Shown: one piece after another, positions 1 to 10,733 of the stretch | Layout: each line of letters starts with the position of its first letter | Numbering within the stretch: position 1 is the stretch's first letter | Origin: Thelocarpon superellum | Taxonomy: Eukaryota | Length of the DNA: 49,987 nucleotides | Assembly: GCA_026025795.1 (NCBI GenBank) | Contig: JAPEUG010000095.1 | Coordinates: 1 to 49,987 of the forward strand | Direction of reading: 5' to 3' | Program-made: the position numbers and the translations under genes | Notes under the pieces: generated by a model | The model's database searches: none | What the model was told of the DNA's origin: nothing | The model's input: the letters and a program-made list of their open reading frames with translations, nothing else

Positions 1-2928
1 CCCAGTCGCCACGCGTCGCCCGGCACGAATACGACGGCCAAGCCCTCCGAGATAGATGCCTCGTCCGTGGAGATGCATGCCGGCAGCCAGCATCCCTCGT
101 CCACCACCACACCCCAACCCTCGTACCAACTCAAGACGCCGATCCCAGCCTTGTTACGAGGTACGCTCCGGGAATATCAACACTACGGACTGGACTGGCT
201 GGCAGGTCTATACGCCAATGGGACCAATGGCATCTTGGCCGACGAGATGGGCCTTGGCAAGACCATCCAGACCATCGCTTTGCTGGCCCACCTCGCGTGC
301 GAGCACGAAGTGTGGGGTCCGCACTTGATCATCGTCCCCACCAGCGTCATGCTCAACTGGGAGATGGAATTCAAGAAATGGTGCCCTGGCTTCAAGATCC
401 TGACCTACTACGGCACGCAAGAGGAGCGGAAGCAGAAGCGCAAAGGCTGGCGGGACGACGACCTCTGGCACGTGTGTATCACCTCCTATCAACTGGTGCT
501 CCAGGACCAGCAGGTCTTCAAGCGCCGTAACTGGCACTACATGGTGCTGGACGAGGCGCACAACATCAAGAACTTCCGCTCGCAACGCTGGCAGACGCTG
601 TTGATGTTCAAGACCCGCGCGCGTCTGCTCCTCACGGGGACGCCGTTGCAAAACAACCTGACGGAGCTCTGGTCGCTGCTCTTCTTCCTGATGCCCACCG
701 ACAGCTCGGAGAACGGGATCGGCGGGTTCGCCGACCTCAAGGAGTTCTCGGATTGGTTTCGTCGCCCCGTCGAACAGATCCTCGAGCACGGTCGCGAGAC
801 CATGGACGACGAAGCCAAGACCATTGTCACGAAGCTGCACAAGGTGCTGCGGCCCTTCCTGCTGCGTCGGCTCAAGGCCGACGTGGAGAAGCAGATGCCC
901 GGCAAGTACGAGCACGTCGTGTCCTGCCGGCTCTCCAAGCGGCAGCGCTACCTCTACGATGGCTTCATGGCCTTGGCCCAGACCCGCGAGACCCTGGCCT
1001 CGGGCAACTACCTGTCCATCATCAACTGTCTGATGCAGCTGCGGAAGGTGTGCAACCACCCCGACCTCTTCGAGACGCGCCAGATCGTCACGTCCTTTGC
1101 CATGCCCAAGGCCGCCGTGGCCGAGTACGAGGTCAGGGAGCTGTTGGTGCGTCGGCGCCTGCTTCAGGAGGACCCGATGACGCAGGTCAACGTCGACTTC
1201 CTGAACCTGGTCCCCACCGCCAACGAGGGCCAATCGCACTGGTCGGCAGAGGAGAGCACGCACCTCAATGCTATCCGGCCGATGCAAGACCGGTGCAAGA
1301 AGCAGTATGGACGGATTGACTGGCGTTTGCCCTTCGATGCCTCTTCGATCGAGAAGGCCTTGCGCCAGATGGAGAATGCGTCGCGGATGTCACGGTTGGA
1401 GGAGCTCCGGCACTGCGTGTACCTCAACGCCCTACGCAGCCAGAACCGCCCGATCTATGGGCACGGCCTGCGCGAGCGAGTGACGGTGCACGTGGGTCCA
1501 GCGTCCCTGTCGGATTTGCCACAACGTCGCCCCCAGCGGTCGGCGTGGGCCTTGAATACGTCGGACGTCATCCGCGAGATGGTCCCCTCGCTCGCGGTGC
1601 GCGCCCAGCATATGGAGACGACGATCCAGAAGTTCGCCTGCCTCACCCCCGCCGTCGTGGCGCCGGACCTGACGGCCCTGACGCTGACGCGTAACGGCGT
1701 GAGGACGGTGCTGCAGGCGCAGGCACGGTGTCCCGACGACGCCTTCCATGAGGCGCGCGTCCGGCTGTCCATCGCCTTCCCCGACAAACGCTTGTTGCAG
1801 TATGACTGCGGCAAGCTACAGCGTCTCGACCAACTCCTCCGCCAACTACAGGCCGGTGGGCACCGGGCCCTCATCTTCACGCAGATGACCAAGGTGCTTG
1901 ACATCCTCGAGCAGTTCCTCAATATCCACGGGCACCGCTACCTGCGCTTGGATGGCGCGACCAAGATCGAACAACGGCAGATCCTCACGGATCGATTCAA
2001 CAACGACACTCGCATCTTGGCCTTCATCCTGTCCTCACGCTCTGGTGGGCTGGGGATCAACCTGACGGGGGCGGACACGGTCATCTTCTACGACCTCGAC
2101 TGGAACCCAGCCATGGACAAGCAGTGCCAGGATCGATGCCATCGGATTGGGCAGACGCGCGACGTGCACATCTACCGCTTCGTCTCGGAGTACACGATCG
2201 AGTCGAACATCTTGCGCAAGGCCAATCAGAAGCGGATGCTGGATGACGTCGTCATCCAAGAGGGCGAGTTCACGACGGACTACTTCAACAATCTCTCGAT
2301 CCGTGACGTGCTCGGCGACGATGCGTCCGCCATGGACGGCGATGCCTCGGCCAGTGCTGCCATGGATCGCGTGCTGGGCGGTGGGGGCGCCGGCGGGCAC
2401 GGCGTCGGCCACGTGCTGGAGCAGGTGGAGGATCGCGAGGACCGCGTCGCGGCCAAGCTAGCGGAGAAAGAAGTGGTGCAGGCCGACGACGCCGACTTTG
2501 ACGAGAAGGCCGGCCCCGACCCAGCGGCCCTGACGACCTCGAAGCCCGCCGCCATCGACACTTCAGGAGACATGCTCCCTCCTGGCTCGTCGGCCGTGCC
2601 TACCCCCGTCACGGCCACACCGGCGCCTGGCGAGGGCGACATGATCGAGACGTCACTCACCCTCGACGTGGCACAGTCTGGTCTTGCCGCGCCCAACGCA
2701 ATGGAAGACGCGGTGATGGCCGGCGACGACACGACCATCCCGGTGTCCACCCACGCGGATCCAGACGCGGACCCGGATGATGGTGATGAAGACGAAGCAG
2801 GGCACGTGGACGAATACATGGTGCGCTTCATGGAATGGAACCTCAAAGACGTACCGATCGAGCCCGCCGTAGGCAAGAACAAGGGCAAGAGCAAGAAAAA
2901 GGAGGCGCATCGCGTCAAGAAGCGGTGA
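1..2928 (+). CDS. swr1: SWR1 chromatin-remodelling ATPase (H2A.Z exchange), C-terminal part; 5' end lies outside the window
   Basis: Frame open from base 1. SNF2 motifs GILADEMGLGKT, LDEAHNIKN, LTGTPLQN, a long insertion between the ATPase lobes, then ALIFTQMTKVLD, SSRSGGLGINL, QDRCHRIGQ. LAHLACEHEVWGPHL is SWR1-type rather than INO80-type. Confidence 0.95.
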   Translation, partial: PSRHASPGTNTTAKPSEIDASSVEMHAGSQHPSSTTTPQPSYQLKTPIPALLRGTLREYQHYGLDWLAGLYANGTNGILADEMGLGKTIQTIALLAHLACEHEVWGPHLIIVPTSVMLNWEMEFKKWCPGFKILTYYGTQEERKQKRKGWRDDDLWHVCITSYQLVLQDQQVFKRRNWHYMVLDEAHNIKNFRSQRWQTLLMFKTRARLLLTGTPLQNNLTELWSLLFFLMPTDSSENGIGGFADLKEFSDWFRRPVEQILEHGRETMDDEAKTIVTKLHKVLRPFLLRRLKADVEKQMPGKYEHVVSCRLSKRQRYLYDGFMALAQTRETLASGNYLSIINCLMQLRKVCNHPDLFETRQIVTSFAMPKAAVAEYEVRELLVRRRLLQEDPMTQVNVDFLNLVPTANEGQSHWSAEESTHLNAIRPMQDRCKKQYGRIDWRLPFDASSIEKALRQMENASRMSRLEELRHCVYLNALRSQNRPIYGHGLRERVTVHVGPASLSDLPQRRPQRSAWALNTSDVIREMVPSLAVRAQHMETTIQKFACLTPAVVAPDLTALTLTRNGVRTVLQAQARCPDDAFHEARVRLSIAFPDKRLLQYDCGKLQRLDQLLRQLQAGGHRALIFTQMTKVLDILEQFLNIHGHRYLRLDGATKIEQRQILTDRFNNDTRILAFILSSRSGGLGINLTGADTVIFYDLDWNPAMDKQCQDRCHRIGQTRDVHIYRFVSEYTIESNILRKANQKRMLDDVVIQEGEFTTDYFNNLSIRDVLGDDASAMDGDASASAAMDRVLGGGGAGGHGVGHVLEQVEDREDRVAAKLAEKEVVQADDADFDEKAGPDPAALTTSKPAAIDTSGDMLPPGSSAVPTPVTATPAPGEGDMIETSLTLDVAQSGLAAPNAMEDAVMAGDDTTIPVSTHADPDADPDDGDEDEAGHVDEYMVRFMEWNLKDVPIEPAVGKNKGKSKKKEAHRVKKR

Positions 2929-3316
2929 CGGCATCAGCAATGCGGGATAGATGGCGGCCGGTAGCGGCGGTAGATGGATCACGCCGCCAGGCGCTCTTGT
3001 ACATAGCGCACGATTTCCTTCTACCATGCGATCCATGAGGAAACAGCGGACCAGCACCCGGGATCGGGGCGTGACGGAGACGATCGCACGCATGGATGTG
3101 ATGACGGAGTGCAAATCTTCAGTAGATCTGAACAATTCGAGGAGCTTTTTCTACATGTTCAAAGTTGCCCCGTCCGCCCTGTTTCACTTGACAGTAATCA
3201 TGAGGAGAGTGCGATAAAACCTGCGGGAAGTACTGAGCCTTGAAGTCTGAAAGCAAGGCGGATGCCGGTTCAAGTTGGCAGACTCGGCAGTCCTGACTCC
3301 GGAAATTCGGAAGATT

Positions 3317-3465
3317 AAAAAAACATAATAATGTAGGAATCAGAGCTGAATTGCTAATCTACGCGTAGTCGGGATAGTGATAGGATTGGGCACGTGATCA
3401 GATCACGTGCGCGCTCCTACAATGAGAATAAAATCCATGACGTGTTGCAATTTCATCACCCACCT
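3317..3465 (-). ncRNA. Candidate box C/D-like structured RNA (unassigned)
   Basis: Minus strand: GTGATGA (3459-3453), CTGA (3343-3340), internal AATTGC/GCAATT stem, central hairpin, downstream T7 run (3323-3317). No rRNA-complementary guide recognised. Confidence 0.25.
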
Positions 3466-4675
3466 CCCCGGGCTTCAGCAAAGCCGATGTATCGGGACGT
3501 GGTAGTGTACAAAGTACCTATGCTAGATGAATTATCAACTGGATGAATAAACGGAGACCTGCAGCGCAGAGGTCATGCAAGACATCAACTGACGTGAGGG
3601 AGAGCCCTGGGATCCTGCGGGAGTGCGGCAGCATATATGTACGAGTACGTTATGGCAAGCGTGGGCGGGTCGTGTACTCCCTGTACTCGTACGATCCGTT
3701 ACGTCTGTTCTGCGTACTACTCGTACGCCTGCCTGCCCGCCCCGAGACAGGTCAGTCAATCCCGCGTACTGCTCGTACGAGTAGTGTAGAAAGGTCCGAC
3801 CCTTCTTTTCCCTTGGTCCTCGTCCGCCTGCCGATTTGCCGGCGATGCAAGGGCGGGCTGCTTTGCATCACGGACGTGCGACGGCAATTTATCGTTGATG
3901 TTGCTGCTGTTTCTACCGCTCTTTCTACTTCTCGCAGCACCTCTTCGAAGGAGCCTGCGGCACGACTTGCTGCGTAGCTTCTACCAGCACCACGGCTATG
4001 TTACCGCGGAGCCTTGAGCTATCCAGCCTCCTCTCTACCTACGATGGAGTAATTGGCCCTGCGGCCTGCGTGTTTCGACGCGGGACTCGACGTTGAGAGT
4101 CTTGGCGGGATGGGGTCCAGCACGAGAACACGTCCCACGCAAGGCACCGGACGAGGACGAATAGCTACAGACGTAGATGGCATCTCGCACCCGTCCTCGT
4201 ACCGCCGGCCCGGTAGGCAGCGACAGAGCGAGATTTGGTTGGATCACGGATGAGGACCAGCAGGAGGAAGAGTGATTGCACCCGTGTCGATGCATTGTGA
4301 GGTGACACGACCGACAACAGGCGGCCTGTCGCAGCCAGCGTTTCGCAGCTATTCACCATGACTCCGGCCTTTGGCGCAATCACTCTTCATCCTCTTCATC
4401 TTCGTCCGAGGAAGCCCAATGCCTCCCAAGGGATCGATGACGGTCCCTACCCCGCATGAGCCGCACGGCCCTGGCCGACGCGGCCAGCAGGGCCGACAAG
4501 GTCGGCACGGGAGATCAAGCCGTCAGATCCTGTAGACTTGATGCGGGCAGCATTGGGTAGCGGTGCAGCAGTCGGCATCATGGCTTCTCGCGACCTGCGC
4601 GCCAGTTCGACCCTCTTCCCGGTCCTGCTATCTAGCTCCTTCGTACATACTCGCGTCTTGTGTACACAGCTCATA

Positions 4676-4731
4676 GACAGCGTCATGCACCGACCTCCAT
4701 CGTACGATGGCGGTCGGTGCATGACGCCGTC
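4676..4731. repeat. 56-bp near-perfect palindrome
   Basis: GACAGCGTCATGCACCGACCTCCATCGT|ACGATGGCGGTCGGTGCATGACGCCGTC; 26 of 28 positions complementary, no spacer. Confidence 0.95.
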
Positions 4732-4850
4732 GGCTGCTGTTGCGTGCGGCTGCAGACGCGCCAAGGGTCGTCGGGATCGGCACTCTGCACGTCCCTCCTG
4801 CTCGCGGTTGCAGCGGATCGGATGGCACAACCCTCTCCACGCTTCAACTG

Positions 4851-5508
4851 CTCCAGCTGTTCCAGCTGCTCCAGCTGCTCCAGCTCTTTTCGCATCTGCT
4901 CAGCAAGCGGCGTGCACGGATCCTACCGGTCTCATCGCGGACGTGCGATGGAACGCCGATGGACCCGATCCGTGGTGTGGCGTGCAGATGCCAGGTGTCT
5001 GGTGCCAGGCGCGCAACACGCGTCGGACCACCGATCTCAGCCGACACACGCTTCGACGGGTGGGAGTTCGAGGGCGCTTCCATTCTCCGGCGTGCGGCCA
5101 GCGGCCAGCGGCCAGCGGCCAGCGGTTCTCGCCAGCGCGGTGGATCCACACCGGATCCGACGTCGGTGCTTGGGCTGACCCGTTTCCGCGCCAATGTGTC
5201 GCATGCTTGGCCTAGTGCACGCCAGACGTTCTGGAATCTTCACTCGCCCAATGGGCCCCAACCACGAGTGGCATCGGGTGGCGCAGGAGCGCTGGACGAC
5301 CGCCCACCACCAAACCCCGCTACCCACGCCATCCATTACCGTTTCAGATCCGCAGGAGTGGGATGCATCGTGGAGATGGAGCATCTTTCGCACGCACGTC
5401 GGAGCATGAGGCATAGCTCGCGCCTGGCCACGCGGGTGCGCAAGATGCAGGACGCAAAACCCAGGGCGCAAGACGCAAGACGCAAGACGCAAGACACAAG
5501 ACGCAAGA
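4851..5508. repeat. Short tandem repeats: (CTCCAGCTG)n ~4851-4887, (GCGGCCA)4 ~5094-5125, (GCAAGAC)n ~5468-5508
   Basis: Directly visible tandem units in intergenic DNA. Confidence 0.85.
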
Positions 5509-7084
5509 TCCAAGGCGCAAGAGACCGTCGGGGCGCCCCAGACGCGGCCTGCCTGGCGCGGGCATGCATCCTGAGCCTCGTTCTGCCGACTCCGTAGTCA
5601 CCACGAGAGGCTCAATTACTTGTACCTCGATTACGAGTGCCTGCCTGCCTGCCTGTAAGTCCTGCAAGTATCACCCTCCCTGGGTAGGGTGAGGACGGAG
5701 CATAGAGACAAGGGGCGCGCAAGGGAGTCACGGACCTGCGTGCTGAGGGAGGCAGCGTGACAAGGGACGAAGTTACGTAGCAGGGTAAAAGGGCACCGCA
5801 TCCGAGATCCGAGCAAAGGACGCTCCCTCTGCCCGTTGGCCATTGGTGGACGGCCGCGAGAAACTTGGTCATGAACGTGGTCCTCGCTACTTGGGTCGAG
5901 TGGCGCTGCAGCTCGGCCCGTCCTGACTTTGGCCCCAGTCGATCGTGACGTTGCTGCCCTTCCTTCGCTCCCCCATTTGCCGAGCGCATTCACTCTTCGC
6001 CTCTGGGTATTGTTCGCATCCGCGTAAGGAAAGCTTCTTTCTCCCTCCCTGCCAGACCCGCCCATCCCGACCGCCGCCGCCACCGAGTCAGTCGCTTGCC
6101 ATCGTCGCCAACGCCGTGCCATTGACGAACTCCAATCCACCGCACAGGTCCTACTTTTAGCTCCCTCCCTCGCGACTAGTGCTCGTGGCGCCGTCCCTCC
6201 CACCGTCGTCCCCCTACGCCCCCGATCGCCAGATCCACCTTGCCGTCTATCCATGATGCTCGCTGCACGCTTCCACCCTGCCCGCCCTCGTGAACTCGTG
6301 TCCAGCCTTGACCAGGCCGTGGAGGGACGTGGGACGTAGCGACGATGACCCCGATCGGGTAGGGACGGTACCTACCGCCGTCCGTACCGACCGAAGGTTC
6401 TGCTGACCACGACCGCCTGGCACACGCACCACCGTCGCCCGCAGATCCGCCCACCCCTCTGCTGGAGAGGCGCATAGCACGTCCCGACGCACCAGTCAAA
6501 GCAGTCCCCGGCGCGTGCTGACTTGTCCGGGTGGCTTCCGTCGTAGGAGTGAAAGGACGTCGAAGTTACCCTGCACGGATGGTAGGGCCAGCCTATGACC
6601 TCCTACCACGGGCGACGCCATTGAGCTCTCTCGCTCTTTAGCTCTCGAGTAGTAGAGAGTCAGTCCGGCTTCCACACGGCCACGGGTCCGTGACCGACCC
6701 AGGCTGCAGCCAGACTGCTAAGACTGCTAATCTGCTAACACCGGCCAAAAGAAACGCGGCCAGCAGCGCGCGCGATAGCATTTCCATTACTAACCCGCCC
6801 GCCGCCCGTCGCCCGCCGCCCCGTTGCCAGTCCTTGCTACCGCGACCGCTACCTAGAGCCCTGGAGCTTGTTATACGTCCCCTCCTCCGCCGCCTCCACC
6901 ATTCCCCGTTTCCCTCTCCTCCTTCCCCTCACATCTCCTTCCTCCCCGTCCCATTTGTTTCGCACAGGCGATCCGGCCGTCGTCATCTCGTGGGTGTCTT
7001 CGTGTCCCTTGTGTCGCGCGGGTGTTCCTGATTTCTGCCCCCGTCCCGCTCCGTGCGTGCCCTCTCGCGACCTCTGTCGGCCAG

Positions 7085-7685
7085 GTACGTTGCTCGTCCA
7101 ATTTTTTTTCCGTGGTGCGCGCGCACAAGTCGCCTGCACTGCGAGATTCTAACCCCGTGCCCTGGCCCACCTCCACCACTCCACTCCCATCAAACTGCAC
7201 ACTCTCGTCCCCCCTCGCTCTCGCCCCTCGCCCCTCGCCCCTCTCTCCACATCCTGCCTGCACATCCAACCCCCTTCCCCAGGCTTCCCCTGCTCCGGGG
7301 TCCGTCGCCGCTGCTGCCGCTGCGTCGCCCCCCATCTCGTCGGGGTTGGTCTTACCATCACCATCTGGCCTGCGTCGGACCTCGTCGGTCCACGACCAGA
7401 CATTCACCCTGCATCCACTAGCCTCGTCTAGCCGGCTCCGGGGACGGTTGCGACGCACGCAGCGCCATCGTTCCAGTGTTGAGCTGGGGCTTTCGCCCCC
7501 CACCCCACACACACCCTGTTGGCTTGCCCTCATCCCTGTGTGGATCCCAAACAGAGTGAATGCCATTGTGCATCGCACTTTTCCGTCTCTGGTTGGCTGT
7601 GTTTCTCCTGCGGCAGTCCGACGCCTGTCGTGGCGTCTTCGCGTCTGGGACGAACTTGATTCACTGACCGCCCGTCGCATGACAG
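7085..7685 (+). other. Predicted 5'-UTR intron of the nam8-like gene
   Basis: CCAG|GTACGT donor at 7085, CTGAC branch at 7664, CAG acceptor at 7683-7685. It contains the only two ATGs I found between 6600 and the start codon at 8317. Confidence 0.55.
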
Positions 7686-8316
7686 ACTCGCCCCAGTAAC
7701 TTATTCCGTGTCCGTGTTGCGCAGTCGTAACGCTTCGCCCATCACTCGATCGCTTCTAACACCCGAACGGCCGCCTTTTCTTCCTCGAAACATCTCGACA
7801 TCCTGCACGCTCGCCTGTCGGAAAAAGTTGGTCCTGCCACTGCGCTTGCTGCTGCATCTTCTGCATTGCACTGCTCCTCCGCGACGCCGATTACGAATCA
7901 GACCCCATCCATCACCACCGCTTCCTGTTCCACACGGCCCTCCACCCCTCTCGCGCCCGACGAACGCACACCTGCGCGTGCGCTCTGCTCTCGCCATCTC
8001 CCTTCCACCCAGCGCCGCGTTGTTCCTCGGCGCTCACCCGTCTCGCATCCCCGTTCGTACCACCATTCGTTTAGGCCCACCCCATCGTGACGGTTGACCG
8101 CGGCTCTCACATCTGGTTGGTTCGTCACCCACCGCTCATCGAAGGACAGGCCTCATCCACTCTCTGTCCGTTACCGGCCCACCCTTTTCCTCCCCTCCCG
8201 AGCCTTCCTCCCATTCGACCGGAGCTCTCTCGCCTCTTCATCCGCCGAGGTCGTCCTGACGCACCTGCCCTCCATCATCCGATTGTCTCTCGAGGGTCGG
8301 CACAACAGCGTTCATC

Positions 8317-10733
8317 ATGAGTGGCTTTCCCAGTTACGATTACGCCCAGAACCAGCAGGGTCCCGAGGAGACTGCTGGGGCTGGGCCCGCGCCCAATCAA
8401 CAGCAACAAGCGCCCATGGGCCAACCGACTGACAATTCCCCTGGTCCCTTCCAAGCCGGCGGCAATGGTGACCCTGGCGCGACCGGGGGACCGCAGCAAG
8501 GCGGTGACGCCAAGACGACGCTGTGGTAAGTTCGCATTGTGCCTCCGTCCCCCTGCCACCCTTCCCCCGTCCACCGCTCCACCCCTACCCCGCTCCCCCG
8601 CTCCCCCGCTTCCCCGCACCGTCCTAATACTGTCACAGGATGGGCGAGCTCGAACCTTGGATTGACGAGAACTTTGTGCGGAGTGTCTGGTTTGGCATGG
8701 GTGAACAAGTGAACGTGAAGATGATCCGGGATAAGTTTTCTGGGTACGTGGGTCGGTGGTGGGTGCGCCGCGCGTGGCTCTGACCTCGACCTAGGAACGC
8801 GGGCTACTGCTTCGTCGATTTTGCTAGCCCGGCCGCTGCCGCCAAGGCCCTGACCCTGAACGGCACCCTGATCCCCAACTCGAATCGGCCTTTCAAGCTT
8901 AATTGGGCCTCGGGCGGCGGACTTGCCGATCGGCGGTGGGTGTCCCCCTCATTCCGGGCTGCCCCTCTCCCCGCCACGTGCGAGCCGTGGGACTGACCGA
9001 TCGTGGCAGAGATGACCGAGGGCCGGAGTTCTCCATCTTCGTGGGTGACCTGGGTCCGGAAGTCAACGAATACGTCTTGGTCTCGCTCTTCCAGAGCCGT
9101 TTCCCGTCGTGTAAGTCGGCCAAGATCATGACCGATCCAATCAGTGGCATGTCGCGCGGCTACGGCTTCGTCCGCTTTTCCGACGAGAGCGACCAGCAGC
9201 GCGCCTTGACCGAGATGCAAGGCGTCTACTGCGGCAACCGGCCCATGCGCATCTCCACCGCGACGCCGAAGAACAAGAGCGGTGGCGGCGGCCCGGGCAT
9301 GGCGATGCAGGGCGGCGCCGCGGGCGCCGGTGCCGGTGCCCCCGTGGGCATGTATTCCATGGGCGCCCCGCCAATCGGATACTACGGCGCGCCGCAGCCC
9401 ATGAACCAGTTCACCGATCCCAACAACACGACCGTCTTCGTTGGGGGCCTGTCGGGCTACGTGACCGAGGACGAGCTCCGCTCCTTCTTCCAGGGCTTCG
9501 GCGAGATCACCTACGTCAAGATTCCACCGGGCAAAGGCTGTGGCTTCGTCCAATTTGTCCAGCGCCACGCGGCCGAGATGGCCATCAACCAGATGCAGGG
9601 CTACCCCATTGGCAACTCACGCGTGCGCTTGAGCTGGGGTCGGAGTCAGAATAACTCGGGCCCGGCGGGGACTCCGTACCGCCCGGCCCCTCCGCCGCCG
9701 GTCTACCCTTCCATGGGCATGCCGCCGTCGCATCCCTACGGGAACTTTGCGCCCTTAAAGGTGAGCCTCGACGCGTACCTCACCCCCTACGTTCGGACAT
9801 ACAGGCTGACGTCTCTCAGTAAGAGGATTTCTTCATGAGTTCCGCAGCTGGAGTCTGAGCGTCAAGCGACCACATGGGTGTATTTCAAGTCCGCTTTGCA
9901 CATCATTGGCTTCTGTCTTGCCTCTTGGCTAGTTCTTTCTCCTCTTAGCGTTCCTCCCAAAAGAACATGAGGGGTGGCGATCTGCTTTATCTGTCAGGGG
10001 CATCCTCTCCTTTCCTCCCCGTCCTCCACCTCGTCGTCCACACTCTTTTCCCTTCTCTCCATCCCTCTCCCACCCCCATTCGGGTGTGCGTGATGCGCCA
10101 CGATGTGATCGCGTGCTTCGACCACCGTGGGGACCCCCCCAGGGACTGCCTTCGCGAAGGGTCTCGTCGCTCACTCTCCCATGTAACATACTCTGCTCTG
10201 GTGGCGCGGTGTCATCACGAGAGATCGCTCCCACCTACGGGATGGCGGGATGACGGAATTTCCGAGAACGACGACGATCCATCTTTCCAAATGCTAGACT
10301 ATCGATGAATCTCTTCTCTCTCCCTCTCTCCCCCCGCGCCCCTCTCCTTCTCCTTTCATCTCTCTCCATCCCTCCCCTCAATGGCAGATGACGCCGCTCC
10401 GGCCCCACCTTTCCTCTTGCACCCTGCCTCGCGTTGCCCGCTCACTCGCTCGCGGCACGTGATCCGTAACCATGACCGCCACGAGGAGCCCCAGCTGACC
10501 TTGTGCCGTCGTGCGCCCCTCGCAGTCCCCACGCCGCACACGTGCATCCTCCACCTGGACCCGGGACGATGCCACCCGCCGGCCCACCTGGGGCGCTGGA
10601 CCCCGATGTCCCGGGCCCCACCGACGCCATTGCCGTCCACCAGATGAATGAGATGTACATGGCGCAAAGGCAGGGTGTGGCCGAGCGGCTCGAGACCGAT
10701 GGGCGTGGCTTTCATGGCGTCTTCTCCCAGTGA
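8317..10733 (+). CDS. nam8: Nam8/Ngr1/Csx1-family three-RRM RNA-binding protein; short isoform stops at 9822, predicted long isoform at 10733
   Basis: Exons 8317-8525, 8639-8743, 8795-8935, 9010-9760 give KTTLWMGELEPWIDE, NAGYCFVDF, FKLNWA, SIFVGDLGPEV, SRGYGFVRF, DPNNTTVFVGGL, GKGCGFVQF, RVRLSWGRS. All introns are GT-AG with branch sites. Terminal exon is either 9820-9822 (TAA) or 10526-10733. Confidence 0.92.
9760..10525 (+). other. Predicted [D1,2] stwintron: internal intron 9761-9819 nested in the donor of external intron 9760+9820-10525
   Basis: Internal intron GTGAGC...GCTGAC(9805)...CAG(9819). After excision G9760+TAAGA forms GTAAGA. External branch GCTGAC(10494), acceptor CAG(10525). 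The phase-2 join gives AAT CCC CAC in frame. Confidence 0.7.

Noticed and set aside
3218..3300. tRNA/SINE- or hammerhead-like fold (GCCTTG/CAAGGC hairpin, GGTTCAAGT B-box-like word, AACCTGCGG match to the 18S 3' end)
   Set aside because: No cloverleaf, A-box or hammerhead core; the matches are too short to exceed chance.
3543..8097. Many 100-285 aa ORFs in the swr1-nam8 interval
   Set aside because: Low-complexity, repeat-derived or non-ATG starts with no recognisable domains; better explained as promoter and 5' UTR.
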